In this document: one piece after another, positions 24,301 through 35,220 of the stretch
Layout: every line of letters begins with the position of its first letter
How positions within the stretch are numbered: the stretch's first letter is position 1
NCBI GenBank assembly: GCA_013265495.1
Contig: MU057658.1
Coordinates: forward strand, 72,949 to 108,168
Direction of reading: 5' to 3'
Origin: Vicugna vicugna
Lineage: Eukaryota
DNA: 35,220 nucleotides
The notes under the pieces: generated by a model
Seen by the model: only the letters and a program-made list of their open reading frames with translations
The model's database searches: none
Told to the model about the DNA's origin: nothing
Translations under genes and position numbers: made by a program

Positions 24301-26536
24301 GATGTAGGTTAAACATCTCCACTGCCCATTGAGAGGGACTCTCATGTACTTGGCTTTAGAACCCAACCCCCACTTTCCCTTGCAGCGTGGCCTAGGGAAA
24401 CACTCAGGGAATTCAAGCTAAGTGATCCTATTAGATACCAGGCACTGCTGTCAGATGGAGGAACTTCCCCACACTCAGGATTCTAGAACACTGTCTTCTG
24501 TTTGGGGGAGGTGTGGAGTCCATCCCCATGCACATGGCTGCGGGCAAAGGTGTTCCCAATTAAGGAGAAGTCCGCTAATTACATCCTCATCCCATAGTGA
24601 GGCACTCGCAGGTACTTTGCCTCCAAGCCCATTCCCCAGCTTTCCTTCACAGCCCGGCATAGAAAAACACTGAGGGAAGACAAGCTATGGGATCCAACTA
24701 GAACCCAGGCCCTGCTGTCAGTTGGAGGAACCTCTCCACACTCAGGGCATCGGAAATAGACTTCCTGTGTGTGCTGGTAGCAGGGTAACATAGTAAACGC
24801 ATCTTACTGTGGAAACAGGTTTTCCCAGGCTGGCGGATGTAGGTTAAGCAACTCCAATGCCCATGGAGGGGCAACCAGTAGTACTTGGCTTTAGAGTCCA
24901 TCCCCCACTTTCCCTCGCATCATGACCTACCATTACACCCAGGGAAGACAAGCTAAGGGATTTTATTGGAACCCAGGTGCTGCTGTCAGTTGGAGGAACT
25001 TCCCCACACTCAGGATTCCGGAACCCAGTCTTGTGTGGTGGGGAGGTGTGGAGTCCCTCTCCACGCAGGTAGCTACAGGCAAAGTTGTTCCCATTTAAGG
25101 AGAAGTCTGTTAATTACCTCCTCAGCCCATCGGGAGGCATTCACTCTTACTTGGCTTCCATGCCCATCCCCCAGCTTTCCTTCACAGCCCAGAATAAGAA
25201 AACACTGAAGGAAGACAAGCTATGGGATCCAACTAGAACCCAGGCCCTGCTGTCAGTCGGAGCATACTCTCAACACTCAGGATACCAGAAGACGTCTTCG
25301 TGTGTGTGCTGTGGGATGGGAGAGGAAGTGCACGCATCTTTCTTGGGGCAAAGGTGTTCCCAGGGTGGGGGATATCGGCAAATCTCCTCCACTGCCCATG
25401 GAGAGGCACTCGCAAATACTTGGCTTTAGAGCCGAGCCCCCACGTTCCCTCGCAGCCCAGCCTAGGAAGACAGTCAGGGAAGAAAAGCTAAGGGATTCTA
25501 TTAAAACTCAGGCACTGCTGTCATTTTGAGGAGACTCTCCACTCTCAGGATACCAGAACACTTCTTTGTGTGTGTGCTGGTTGTGGTTTAACATGGTAAA
25601 CGCATCCTTATGGGGGCATAGGTGTTCCCAGACTGGGGGATTTAGGTTAAACCACTCCACTGTCCATGAAGAGGCACTCGCTAATACTTGGCTTTAGAGC
25701 CCAATCCCCACTTTCTCACGCAGCACGAACTAGGCGTACACTCAGGGAATACATGTTATGGGATTCTGTTAGAACCCAAGCGCTGCTGTCAGTTGGAGGA
25801 ACTTCCCCACACTCAGGATTATGGAACCCTGTCTTGTGTGTGGGGGAGGTTTGGAGTCCCTCTACATGCAGATGGCAGGGAGCACAGGTGATCCCAGTTA
25901 AGGAGTAGTCTGCTGATAACCTCCTCAGCCCACTGGGAGGCATTCGCTGCTACTTGGCATCGAAGTCCAACCCCCCGGGTTTCCTTTACAGCCCGGCCTA
26001 TGAAAACACTGAGAGAAGGCAAGCTATGGAATCCAACTGCAACCCAGATCCTGCTGTCAGTTGGAGGATCGTCTCTTCTCTCAGGATACCAGAAAAAGGC
26101 TTGGTGTGTGAGCTGGAGGTGGGGTAACAGAGTAAATGCATCATCTAGGGGCACAGGTGTACCCAGGCTGGGGGATGTAGGTTAAACACCTCCACTGTCA
26201 ATGGAGAGGTACTGGCTAAAACTTGGCTTTAGAGAACAACCCACACTTTCCCTCAGAAAACGGCCTCGGAAAACAATCAGGGAAGACAAGCAAAGGGAAT
26301 CTATTAGAATACAGGCACTGCTATCATTTGGAGGAGCCTCTCCACACTCAGGATACCAGGACACGACTTCATATGTGTGCTGGAGGTGGGGTAACATAGT
26401 AAAAGTATATTTCTGGGGGCACAGCTTTTCCCAGGATTTGGGAGTTAGGTAAAAAACCTCCAGTGCCAATGGATTGGCACTGGCTAATACTTGGCTTTAG
26501 AGCACAATCCACACTTTCTCTTGCAGCCCGACGTAG
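15392..26536. repeat. Tandem satellite A, 266-269 bp monomer (mostly 267/268), ~41.6 copies, two monomer types; probable (peri)centromeric satellite
   Basis: Anchor gctaaggg(attctattagaaccc) recurs at 15586, 15854, 16122, 16391, 16659, 16926, 17194 ... 25755, 26023, 26290. All 40 spacings fall in 266-269 bp. Head-to-tail, one orientation. Centromeric role is inferred. Confidence 0.97.
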
Positions 26537-29500
26537 CAGTAAATATTCTTGGTGTAAATATGCCTAATATGGTGGATGAAAGTTTTGTAATGCACATTCA
26601 CACAACTCAAAAATGAACATTTGCTGAAATGGTCATGCATGTAGCATGTTCAGAACACGGAATGTCATGGTGATGTAAACTATGTAAATAAAATGTCTGT
26701 TGGTTAGAAATAGCTCCAAGAGTATTTTCATGTGAAAAATGCCCGATTATCTAAACTGGCATTAGGGAACAACTTTGAAATATATAATAAATGATATTAA
26801 ATTTAAATATGCCTTGTATGGTGGATGAAAGTTTGATAATCCACATTCTTACCACTCAGTAATGAATATTTGTCGAATCCTTCATGCATGTAGCACGTTC
26901 AGAACATGGCATGTCATTTTTATGGAAGCTATGTAAATTACATGTGTATTGGAAAGAATTCTTTCCAAGAGGATTTTTCTGTGACAAAAGCCTGATTTTT
27001 GAAAGTGGTGTTAGGAAAATTCGAAGAAATCAGAATAAATATTTCTAGGTTTAAAAATGTCTTGTTTGGTGAATGAAGGAACAGAAATCCAAATGCTCAC
27101 AGCTCAGAAATGCATGTTTGTCAAATCGTCATGCATGTAGCATTTTCGGAACACGGAGAGTCATGGTGATGGAAACAATGTAAATTAAATGTGTATTGGG
27201 TAGAAATCTCTCAAACAGGATTATTCTTTCAAAAATGTCCAATTATCGAAAGTGGCTTTAGGGAAAACCTGCGAAATAAGATTATATAATTCTAAGTTTC
27301 CATTTGATTTCTATGGACGATGAAAGATCGGAAATCCACATGCTCACAACTCGGTAATGAATGACTGTCCAATCCGTAATACATGCAGTGTGTTTGGAAC
27401 ATGGAATGTCACAGTCAGGGAAACTGTATAATTTAAATGTCTATTGGGTAGAAATCGCTCCAAAACTTTTTTTCTGAGAAAACTGCCCGATTTTCAAAAC
27501 TGGTGTTAGGAAAAAGCTGTGAAATTGTGTAAATATTACTAGGAGTAAATATGCATTAACAGTGGTTGAAAAATCGGTAATCCACATGATCACAACTCAG
27601 TAATGAATGTTTGTCAAATCCGTGATACATGTAGCGTGTTGGGAATATGGAATGTCACGGTGAGGGAAACTATGTAAATTATGTGTCTTTTGGGTTGAAA
27701 TATATAACAGAGGATTTTTCTTTCAAAAATGTCCAAATATCAAAACTGACATTAGGGAAAACCTACAAAATAAGATTAAATATTTCTAGATATACATATG
27801 CTTTGTATGGTCAATGAAAGTTCGGAAACGGACATGCTAACAACTCAGAAATGAATGATTTTCGAATCCATCATGCGTGTAGCATGTTCGAAAACTGGAG
27901 TGTCATGGTGACGGAAACTATGTAAATTACATGTGTATTGGGTAGAAATCGCTCCAAGAGTATTATTCTGTGATAAATCCCGTGTTAGGAACGTGGAACT
28001 TCACATTGAGGGAAACTCTGTAAATTGCATATCTATTGGGTAGAAATCACTCAAAGAGGATTTTTCTTTCAAAAATGCCCAATTATCAAAACTGACATTA
28101 GAGAAAACCTGCGAAATAAGATTAAATATTTCTTGGTTTACATATGATTTGCATGATCGATGAAGGATCTGAAATCCACATGCCCACAACTCAGTAATGA
28201 ATGACTGTCGAATCCATGATGCATGTAGTCTGTTGGGAATATGGAATGTCACGGTCAGGGAAACAATGTAAATTACATATCTATTGGGTAGAAAAAGCTT
28301 CAAGAGTATTTTCCTGTGAAAGATGTCCGATTTTCGAAACTGTTCTTATGAAAAACCTGCGAAATAAGATTAAAGATTTCTAGATATAAATATGCCTAGT
28401 ATGGAGGTTGAAAGTTCAATAATCCACATGCTCTCAACTCTGTAATGAATATTTGTCTATTCTGTGATGCATTTATTGTGTTCCGAACTCGGAGAGCTAC
28501 GGTGAGGGAAACAATGTAAATTGAATGTCTGTTGGGTAGAAGTCTCTCCAAGAGGATTTTTCTGTGAAAAGAGCCTGATTTTCGAATGTGGTCTTGGGAA
28601 AAAGAAGCAAAATCAGAGTAAATGTTTCTAGGTATAAATATGCCTTGTATAGTGGATGAAAGTGTGGTAATCCACATTCTCACAATTCAGTAATTAATGT
28701 TTCTTGAATCCATCATGCATGTAGCATGTTCAGAACACGGAATGTCATTTTGATGGAAACTATGTAAATTACATGTGTATTAGGTAGAATTCGCTTCAAA
28801 AGGATTTTTCTGTGACAAAAGCCTGATTTTTGAAACTGGTGTTAGGAAAACTTCATGAAATCAGAATCAATATTTCTAGGTGTAAATATGCCTTGTTTGG
28901 TGGATGAAAGAACAGTAATCCAAATGCTCACAGCTCACAAAAGCATGTTTGTCGAATCCGTCATGCATGTAGCATGTTCGGAACATGGAAAGTCATGCTG
29001 ATGGAAACTATGTAAATTACAAGTCTTTTGGGTAGAAAATGCTCCAAGAGGATTTTTCTTTCAAAAATGACCAATTATCGAATCTGGCATTAGGGAAAAC
29101 CTGCGAAATAAGATTAAATATTTCTAAGGTTACATATGATTTGTATGGTCGATGAAAGACTGGAAATCTACATGCTCACAACTCAATAATGAATCATTGT
29201 CGAATTCGTCCTGCATGTAGCATGTTTGGAACACGGATTGTCATGGTGATTGAAACTATTTAAATTACATGTGTATTGGGTAGAAATCGCTCCAAGAGTT
29301 TTTTTTCTGTAAAAAATGCCATGTTAGGGACACGGAATGTCACATAGATGGAAACTATGTAAATTACATGTCTATTGGGCAGAATTCTGTCAAAGAGAAT
29401 TTTTTTTGAAAAATACCCGATTTTAAAACTGGTGTGAGGAAAAAGGTGTGAAATCAGTGTAAATATTACTAGGTGCAAATATGCATTTATGGTGGATGAA

Positions 29501-32500
29501 AAGTCACCAATCCAAATGCTCACAACTCAGTAATGAATGTTTGTCAAATTGATGATGCATGTAGCGTGTTCGGAACAGGCAATGTCATGGTTGGGGAAAT
29601 TATTTAAATTAAATATTTACTGGGAAGAAATCACTCCGAGTATTTTTCTGGGAAAAATGCCCGTTTTTCAAAACTGGTATTAGAAGAGGTGCGAAAACAA
29701 AGTAAATATTTCTAAGTGTATATATGCATTTATGAAGGATGAACGAACTTTAATCCACATGCTTAAAACTCAGTAAAGAATATGTGTAAAATATTTCATG
29801 CATGAAGTGTGTTCAAAACACGGAAAGTCACGGTGAGGGAAACAATGAAAATTACATATCTATTGGGTAGAAATAGCTCCAAGAGTTTTTTTTTGGTGAA
29901 AAATGCAGTGTTCGGAACACGGAGTGTAATAGTGAGGAGAATTATGTAAATTACATGTCTATTGGGAAGAAATCACTACAAGAGTATTTTCTTGTGAACG
30001 TTGTCTGATTTTCGAAACTGGTGTTAGGAAAAACCTGTGAAATCCGAGAAAAGCTTTCTAGATGTAAATAAGTCTTGTATGGAGGTTGAAAGTTCGATAT
30101 TCCACATGCTCTCAATTCAGTAATGAACGTTTATCTATTCCGTGATGCATTTATCATGTTCGGAACTTGGTGAGCCACGGTGAGGGAAACTGGGTTAATT
30201 ATATATGTATTGGGTAGAACTACTTCGAAGAGGATATTTCTTTGAAAAATGACCGATTTTTGAAACTGGCATTAGAGAACACCTTGAAATAAATAATAAA
30301 TGATATTATATAAAAATATGCCTTACATGGTGATGAAAGTTTGGTAATCCACATTCTCAAAACCCATTAATGAATGTTTGTCGAATCCGTCATGCAAGTA
30401 GCATGTTAGGAACACAGAATGTCATGGTGATGGAAACCAGGTAAATTATATGTCAATAGGGTAGAAATCATTCCAAGAGAATTTTTCGGTGAAAAATGCC
30501 ATGTTTGGAACACGGAATGTCACGGAAAGGGAAACTATGTAAATTAAATGTCTATTGGATAGAATTTTCTCACAGGGGATTTTTCTTTCAAAAATGTCCA
30601 ATTATCAAAACTAAAATTAGGGAAAACCTGCAAAATAAGATAAAATATTTCAAGGTTTACATATGCTCTGTTTGGTAAATGAAAGTTCGGGTATACACAT
30701 GCTAACAACTCAGTAATGAACGATTTCGAATCCGCCATGCATGTAGCATGTTCAGAACATGGAGTGTCATGGTGATTGAAACTATGTAAATTACAAGTGT
30801 ATTGGGTTGAAATCGCTCCAAGAGGTTTTTTCTGTGAAACATGCTGTATAAGGAACACAGAATGTCACATTGAGTTAAACACAGAAAATTACATGTCTAC
30901 TGGGCAGAAGTCTCTCAAAGAGAATTTTTCTTTGAAACGTGCCCAATTTTCAAAACTGGTGTTAGGGAACACCTGTGGAATAAAATTAAATATCATTAGG
31001 TTTAAATATGTCTAATATGGTGAATGAAAGTTTGTAATGTACATTCTCATAACTCAATAATGAATGTTAGTTGAATCTGTCATGCGTGAAGCATGTTCGG
31101 AAAACGGAATGTCATGATGATGCAAACTATGTAAATTACATTTCTTTGTGTAGAAATTGCCCCAAGAGTAATTTCTGTGAAAAATGCCCATTTTTTAAAA
31201 CTGGTGCCAGGAAAAATCTGCGAAATCAGAGTAAATGTTTCTAGGTGAAAATATGAATTTATGGTGGATGAAAGATCTCTAATCCACATGCGCAAAATTC
31301 AGTAATGAATATTTGACCAAACTTTCATGCATGAAACGTGTTCAGAACATGGAATGTCACGGTGAGTGAAACAATGCAATTTACATGTCTATTGGGTAGA
31401 ATTCGCTCAATGATTTTTTTGTGTGAAAAGTGCCAGGATATCGAATGTGGTCTTGGGAAAAAGCAGCAAAACCTGAGTAAATGCTTCTAGGTGTAAATAT
31501 GCCTTGTATGGTACATGAAAGACAGGTAATACACATTCTCAAAACTCAGTAATGAATGTTTCTCCAATCCATCTTGAATTTAGCATGTTCCAAACACGGA
31601 ATGCTATGGTGATGAAAACAATGTAAATTACATATCTATTGGGTAGAAATCGCTCCAAGAGTATTTCTTGGAGAGAAATGCAGTGCAAGGAACACGAAAT
31701 GTCAGAGTGAGGAGAACAATGTAAATTACATGTCTATTGGGTAGAAATCGCTCCAAGAGAATTTTCCTGTGAAAGTTGCCCGATTTTCGAAACTTGTTTT
31801 AGGAAAAACTTCTGAAATCAAGTTAAGGTTTCTAGATGTAAATAAGCCTAGAATAGAGGTTGAAAGTTCAATAAACCACATGCTCTCAATTCAGTAAAGA
31901 ACATTTGTCTATTCCATGATGCATTTAGCGTTTCTGGAAATCGGAGAGCCACGGTGAGGGTAACTGTGTGAATTAAATGTGTATTGGGAAGAACACACTC
32001 AAAGAGGATTCTTCTTAAAAAATGCCGTATTTCAAAAACTGGCATTAGGGAATACCCTAGAAATAAATAATAAATGATATTAGATTTAAATATGCCTTGT
32101 ACAGTCGATGAAAGTATGGTAATCCTCATTCTTTCAACTCAGTAATGAATATTTGTCAAATCCTTCATGCACGTATCATGTTCGGAACACGGACTGTCAT
32201 GGTGATGGAAACTATGTAAATTACATGTCTATAGGGTAGAAAACACTCCAAGAGAATTTTTTGGTGGAAAATGTCGTGTTCGGAACATGGATTGTCACGG
32301 TGAGGGAAGCTATGTAAATTACATGTCCATTGGGTAGAAATCTCTCAAAGACGATTTTCTTTCAAAAATGTCCTATTTTCAAAACTGACATTAGTGAAAC
32401 CATGCGAAATATGATTACATATTTCTAGGTTTCCATATGCTTTGGTCGATGAAAGATTGGAAATCCACATGCTCACAACTCAGTAATGAATGAGTTTCCA

Positions 32501-35220
32501 ATCCGTCATGCATGTTGCATGTTCAGAACACGGACTGTCACTGTGATGGAAACAATGTAAGTTACAAGTGTATTGGGTAGAAATCGTTCCAAGAGGATTT
32601 TTCTGAAACATGCCTTATTGGGAACATGGACTGTCACATTGATGGAAACTATGTAAATTACATATCTATTGGGTTAAGTAGAAATCTCTCAAAGAGTACT
32701 TTTCTTTGAAAAATGCCCGATTTTCGAAACTGCTGTTAGGGAACACATGGGAAATCAAATTAAGTGTCATTAGATTTAAATATGCATAATATGGTCGATG
32801 AAAGTTTAGTAATGCACATTCTCCCAACTTAATAATGAATGTTTGTCAAATCTGTCATGCATGCACCATGTTCGGAACACGGAATGTCATGGTGATATAC
32901 ACAATGTAAATTACAGGTCTATTGGCTAGAAACTGCTTCAATAGTATTTTCCTTTGAAAAATACCGTGTTCGGGACATGGAGTGTCACGGTTTGTGAAGC
33001 TATTTCAAATGAAAGTTTACTGGGTAGAAACCGCTCCAAGAGAATTTTTCTGTGAAAAATGCCCTTTTTTCAAACCTGGTGTTAGGAAAAATCTGCACAA
33101 TCACAGTGAAGGTTTCTAGGTGTAAATATGAGTTTATGGTGGATGAAACAACTCTAATCCACGTGCTTAAAACTCAGTAACGAATCTCTGTCCAATCTAT
33201 GATGCATGAAGCATGTATGGAGCACGAAATATCATGGTGAGGGAAACAATGAAAATTATATGTCAATAGCATAGAAATCGCTCCAAGAGTACTTTTCGGT
33301 GGGAAATACAGTGTTCGGGACACGGAATGTCACGTTGAGGGAAACTATGTACATTACATGTCTGCTGGGTTGAAATCTCTCAAAGAGGATTTTTCTATCA
33401 AAAATGTCCAATTATCGAAAGTGGCGTTCGGGAAAACCTGCCAAATAAGATTAAATATTTCTAAGTTTACATATGATTTGTATGGATGATGAAAGATCGC
33501 AAATCCACATGCTGACAACTCAGCAATGAATGACTGTCGAATCCGTGATGCATGTCGTGCGTTCGGAACACGGACTGTCACGGTCTGGGAAACTATGTAA
33601 TTGAAATATCTATTCAGTAGAAACCGCTCCTAGACAATTTTTCTGTGAAAAATGGCCGATCTTAGAAAGTGGTGTTAGGAAAATTCTGTGAAATCATTGT
33701 AAATAATTCTAGGTGTAAATATTCATTTATGGTGGATGAAAAATCGGTAATCCACATGCTAACAACTCAGTAATGTGTGATTGTCAAATCTGTGATGCAT
33801 GTAGCGTGTTCAGAACACTGAATGTCACGGTGGGGAAAATTATTTAAATTAAATGTTTCCTGAGAAGAAATTTCTCCGTTTATTTTTCTGGGAAAAAAGC
33901 AAGTTTTAACAACTGGTGTTAGAAAAGCTGCAAAATCAAAGTAAATATTTCTAGGTGTAAATATGCATTGATGGAGAATGAACGAACTTTAATCCACAGG
34001 TTTAAAACTAAGTAATGAATATTTGTCCCATCCTTCATGCATGAACTTGTTTGGAACACGGAAAGTCACGGTGAGGGAAATAACGTAAATTACATGTCTA
34101 TTGGGTAGAATTCGCTCCAAGAGAACACGGAATGTCTTGATGATGCAAACTATGTAAATTACAGATCTATTGGTTCGAAATCGCTCCAAGAGTATTTTCC
34201 TGTGAAAACTGCCGTGTTTGGAACACGGAATGTTACGGTTGGGGAAAGTATTTTAATTTAATGTTTACTGGGTAGAAATCGCTCCAACAATATTTTTCTG
34301 TGCAAAATGCCCATTTTTAAAACCTGCAGCTAGGAAAAAATCTGTGCCATCAGAGTAAATATTTCGAGGTGAAAATATGAATGTATGGTGGATGAAAGAT
34401 CTCTAATCCACATGCGCAAAATTCAGTAATGAATATTTGTCCAATCCTTCATGCATGAAGCGTGTTCAGAACACGGAATGTCACGGTGAGTGAAGCAATA
34501 TAAATTATAAGTCTATTAGTTAGAATTCGCTCCATGATTTTTTTCCTGTGAAAAGAGCCAGGTTTTCGAATATGGTCTTTGGAAAACTCAGCAAACTCTG
34601 AGTAAATGCTTCTAGGTTTAAATATGCCTTGTATGGTGGGTGAAAGAAAGGTACTCCACATTGTCTCAACTCAGGAATGAATGTTTCTCCAAACCATCAT
34701 GCATGTAGCATGTTCTGAACACGGAAAGTCATGGTGATGGAAACAATGTAAATTACATGTGTACTGGGTAGAAATCGCTCCAACAGAATTTTTCGGTGAA
34801 TAATGCAGTGTTTGGAACACGGAGTGTCATAGTGAGGTTAACTATGTAAATTAGATGTCTATTGGGTAGAAATCGCTCCTAGAGTATTTTCCTGTGAAAG
34901 TGGCCCGATTTTCGAAACTTGTGTTAGGAAAAACCTGTGAAAGCAGAGTAAAGTTTTCCAGATGTGAATATGCCCTGAATGGAGGTTGAAAGTCCGATAG
35001 ACGACATGCTCTCAATTGGGTAATGAACGTTTGTCTATTCCATGATGCATTTAGCATGTTCGGAACTCGGNNNNNNNNNNNNNNNNNNNNNNNNAAATAA
35101 ATAATATAATAGATTTAAATATGCCTTGTAGAGTCGATGAAAGTATGGTAATCCTCATTCTTTCAACTCAGTAATGAATGTTTGTCGAATCCTTCATGCA
35201 CGTATCATGTTCGGATCGGA
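26537..35220. repeat. Tandem satellite B, AT-rich; composite units of ~248 bp, ~346 bp and one 414 bp (150-bp part + 1-3 copies of a 98-bp module)
   Basis: Anchor gcatgtagc at 26637, 26886, 27133, 27381, 27627, 27875, 28221 ... 34701, 35047: 17 spacings of 242-249, 11 of 341-349, one of 414. Confidence 0.96.
35071..35094. other. Assembly gap (24 N)
   Basis: Run of N characters. Confidence 1.

Noticed and set aside
15392..26536. Dense, repetitive ORFs in satellite A (up to 221 aa at 19680-20345) as a repeat-protein gene
   Set aside because: They occur in all frames on both strands, change frame between monomers (268 is not a multiple of 3), and stops are scattered at random. This is expected for a GC-balanced tandem repeat.
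26630..35070. p53, steroid-receptor or STAT response elements in CATG/TGTTC/GAACA motifs of satellite B
   Set aside because: Spacing and orientation do not fit. The CATG cores are 7 or 11 bp apart rather than 10, TGTTC-N-GAACA is everted relative to a GRE, and TTC-N-GAA is shorter than a STAT site.
15392..35220. CRISPR-like array (conserved motifs alternating with variable segments)
   Set aside because: The intervening segments are homologous to each other rather than unique spacers, periods are 248-346 bp, there are no cas genes, and the context is mammalian.
15392..35220. Common ancestry of satellites A and B (shared actcag and taggaaaa words)
   Set aside because: Only short words are shared, with different composition and periods. 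I could not build a colinear alignment by eye.

Overview
Mammalian genomic DNA, probably a cetartiodactyl and most likely a camelid. The evidence is a cetartiodactyl-type L1 3' end and no recognisable bovine, pig or whale SINEs in 15 kb; this is an inference. The window captures a pericentromeric-type boundary in three layers. (1) Bases 1-15391 hold an intron-containing, heavily disabled copy of ANO6/TMEM16F: five exons on the + strand with frameshifts, a premature stop and a destroyed splice donor, plus ordinary MIR/L2/L1/MaLR relics in the introns. (2) Bases 15392-26536 are a relatively GC-rich tandem satellite of about 41.6 monomers of 266-269 bp, in two intermixed monomer types with mosaic multi-monomer duplications. 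(3) Bases 26537-35220 are an AT-rich, dyad-rich satellite built from a ~150-bp part plus 1-3 copies of a ~98-bp module (units of ~248, ~346 and one 414 bp), with a small N gap near the end. I see no intact protein-coding gene, RNA gene or CRISPR array. The many ORFs in the satellites are repeat artefacts. The most interesting content is the architecture of the two satellites and their abrupt junctions with each other and with the duplicated gene. Repeat family names are from pattern recognition, not a database search.
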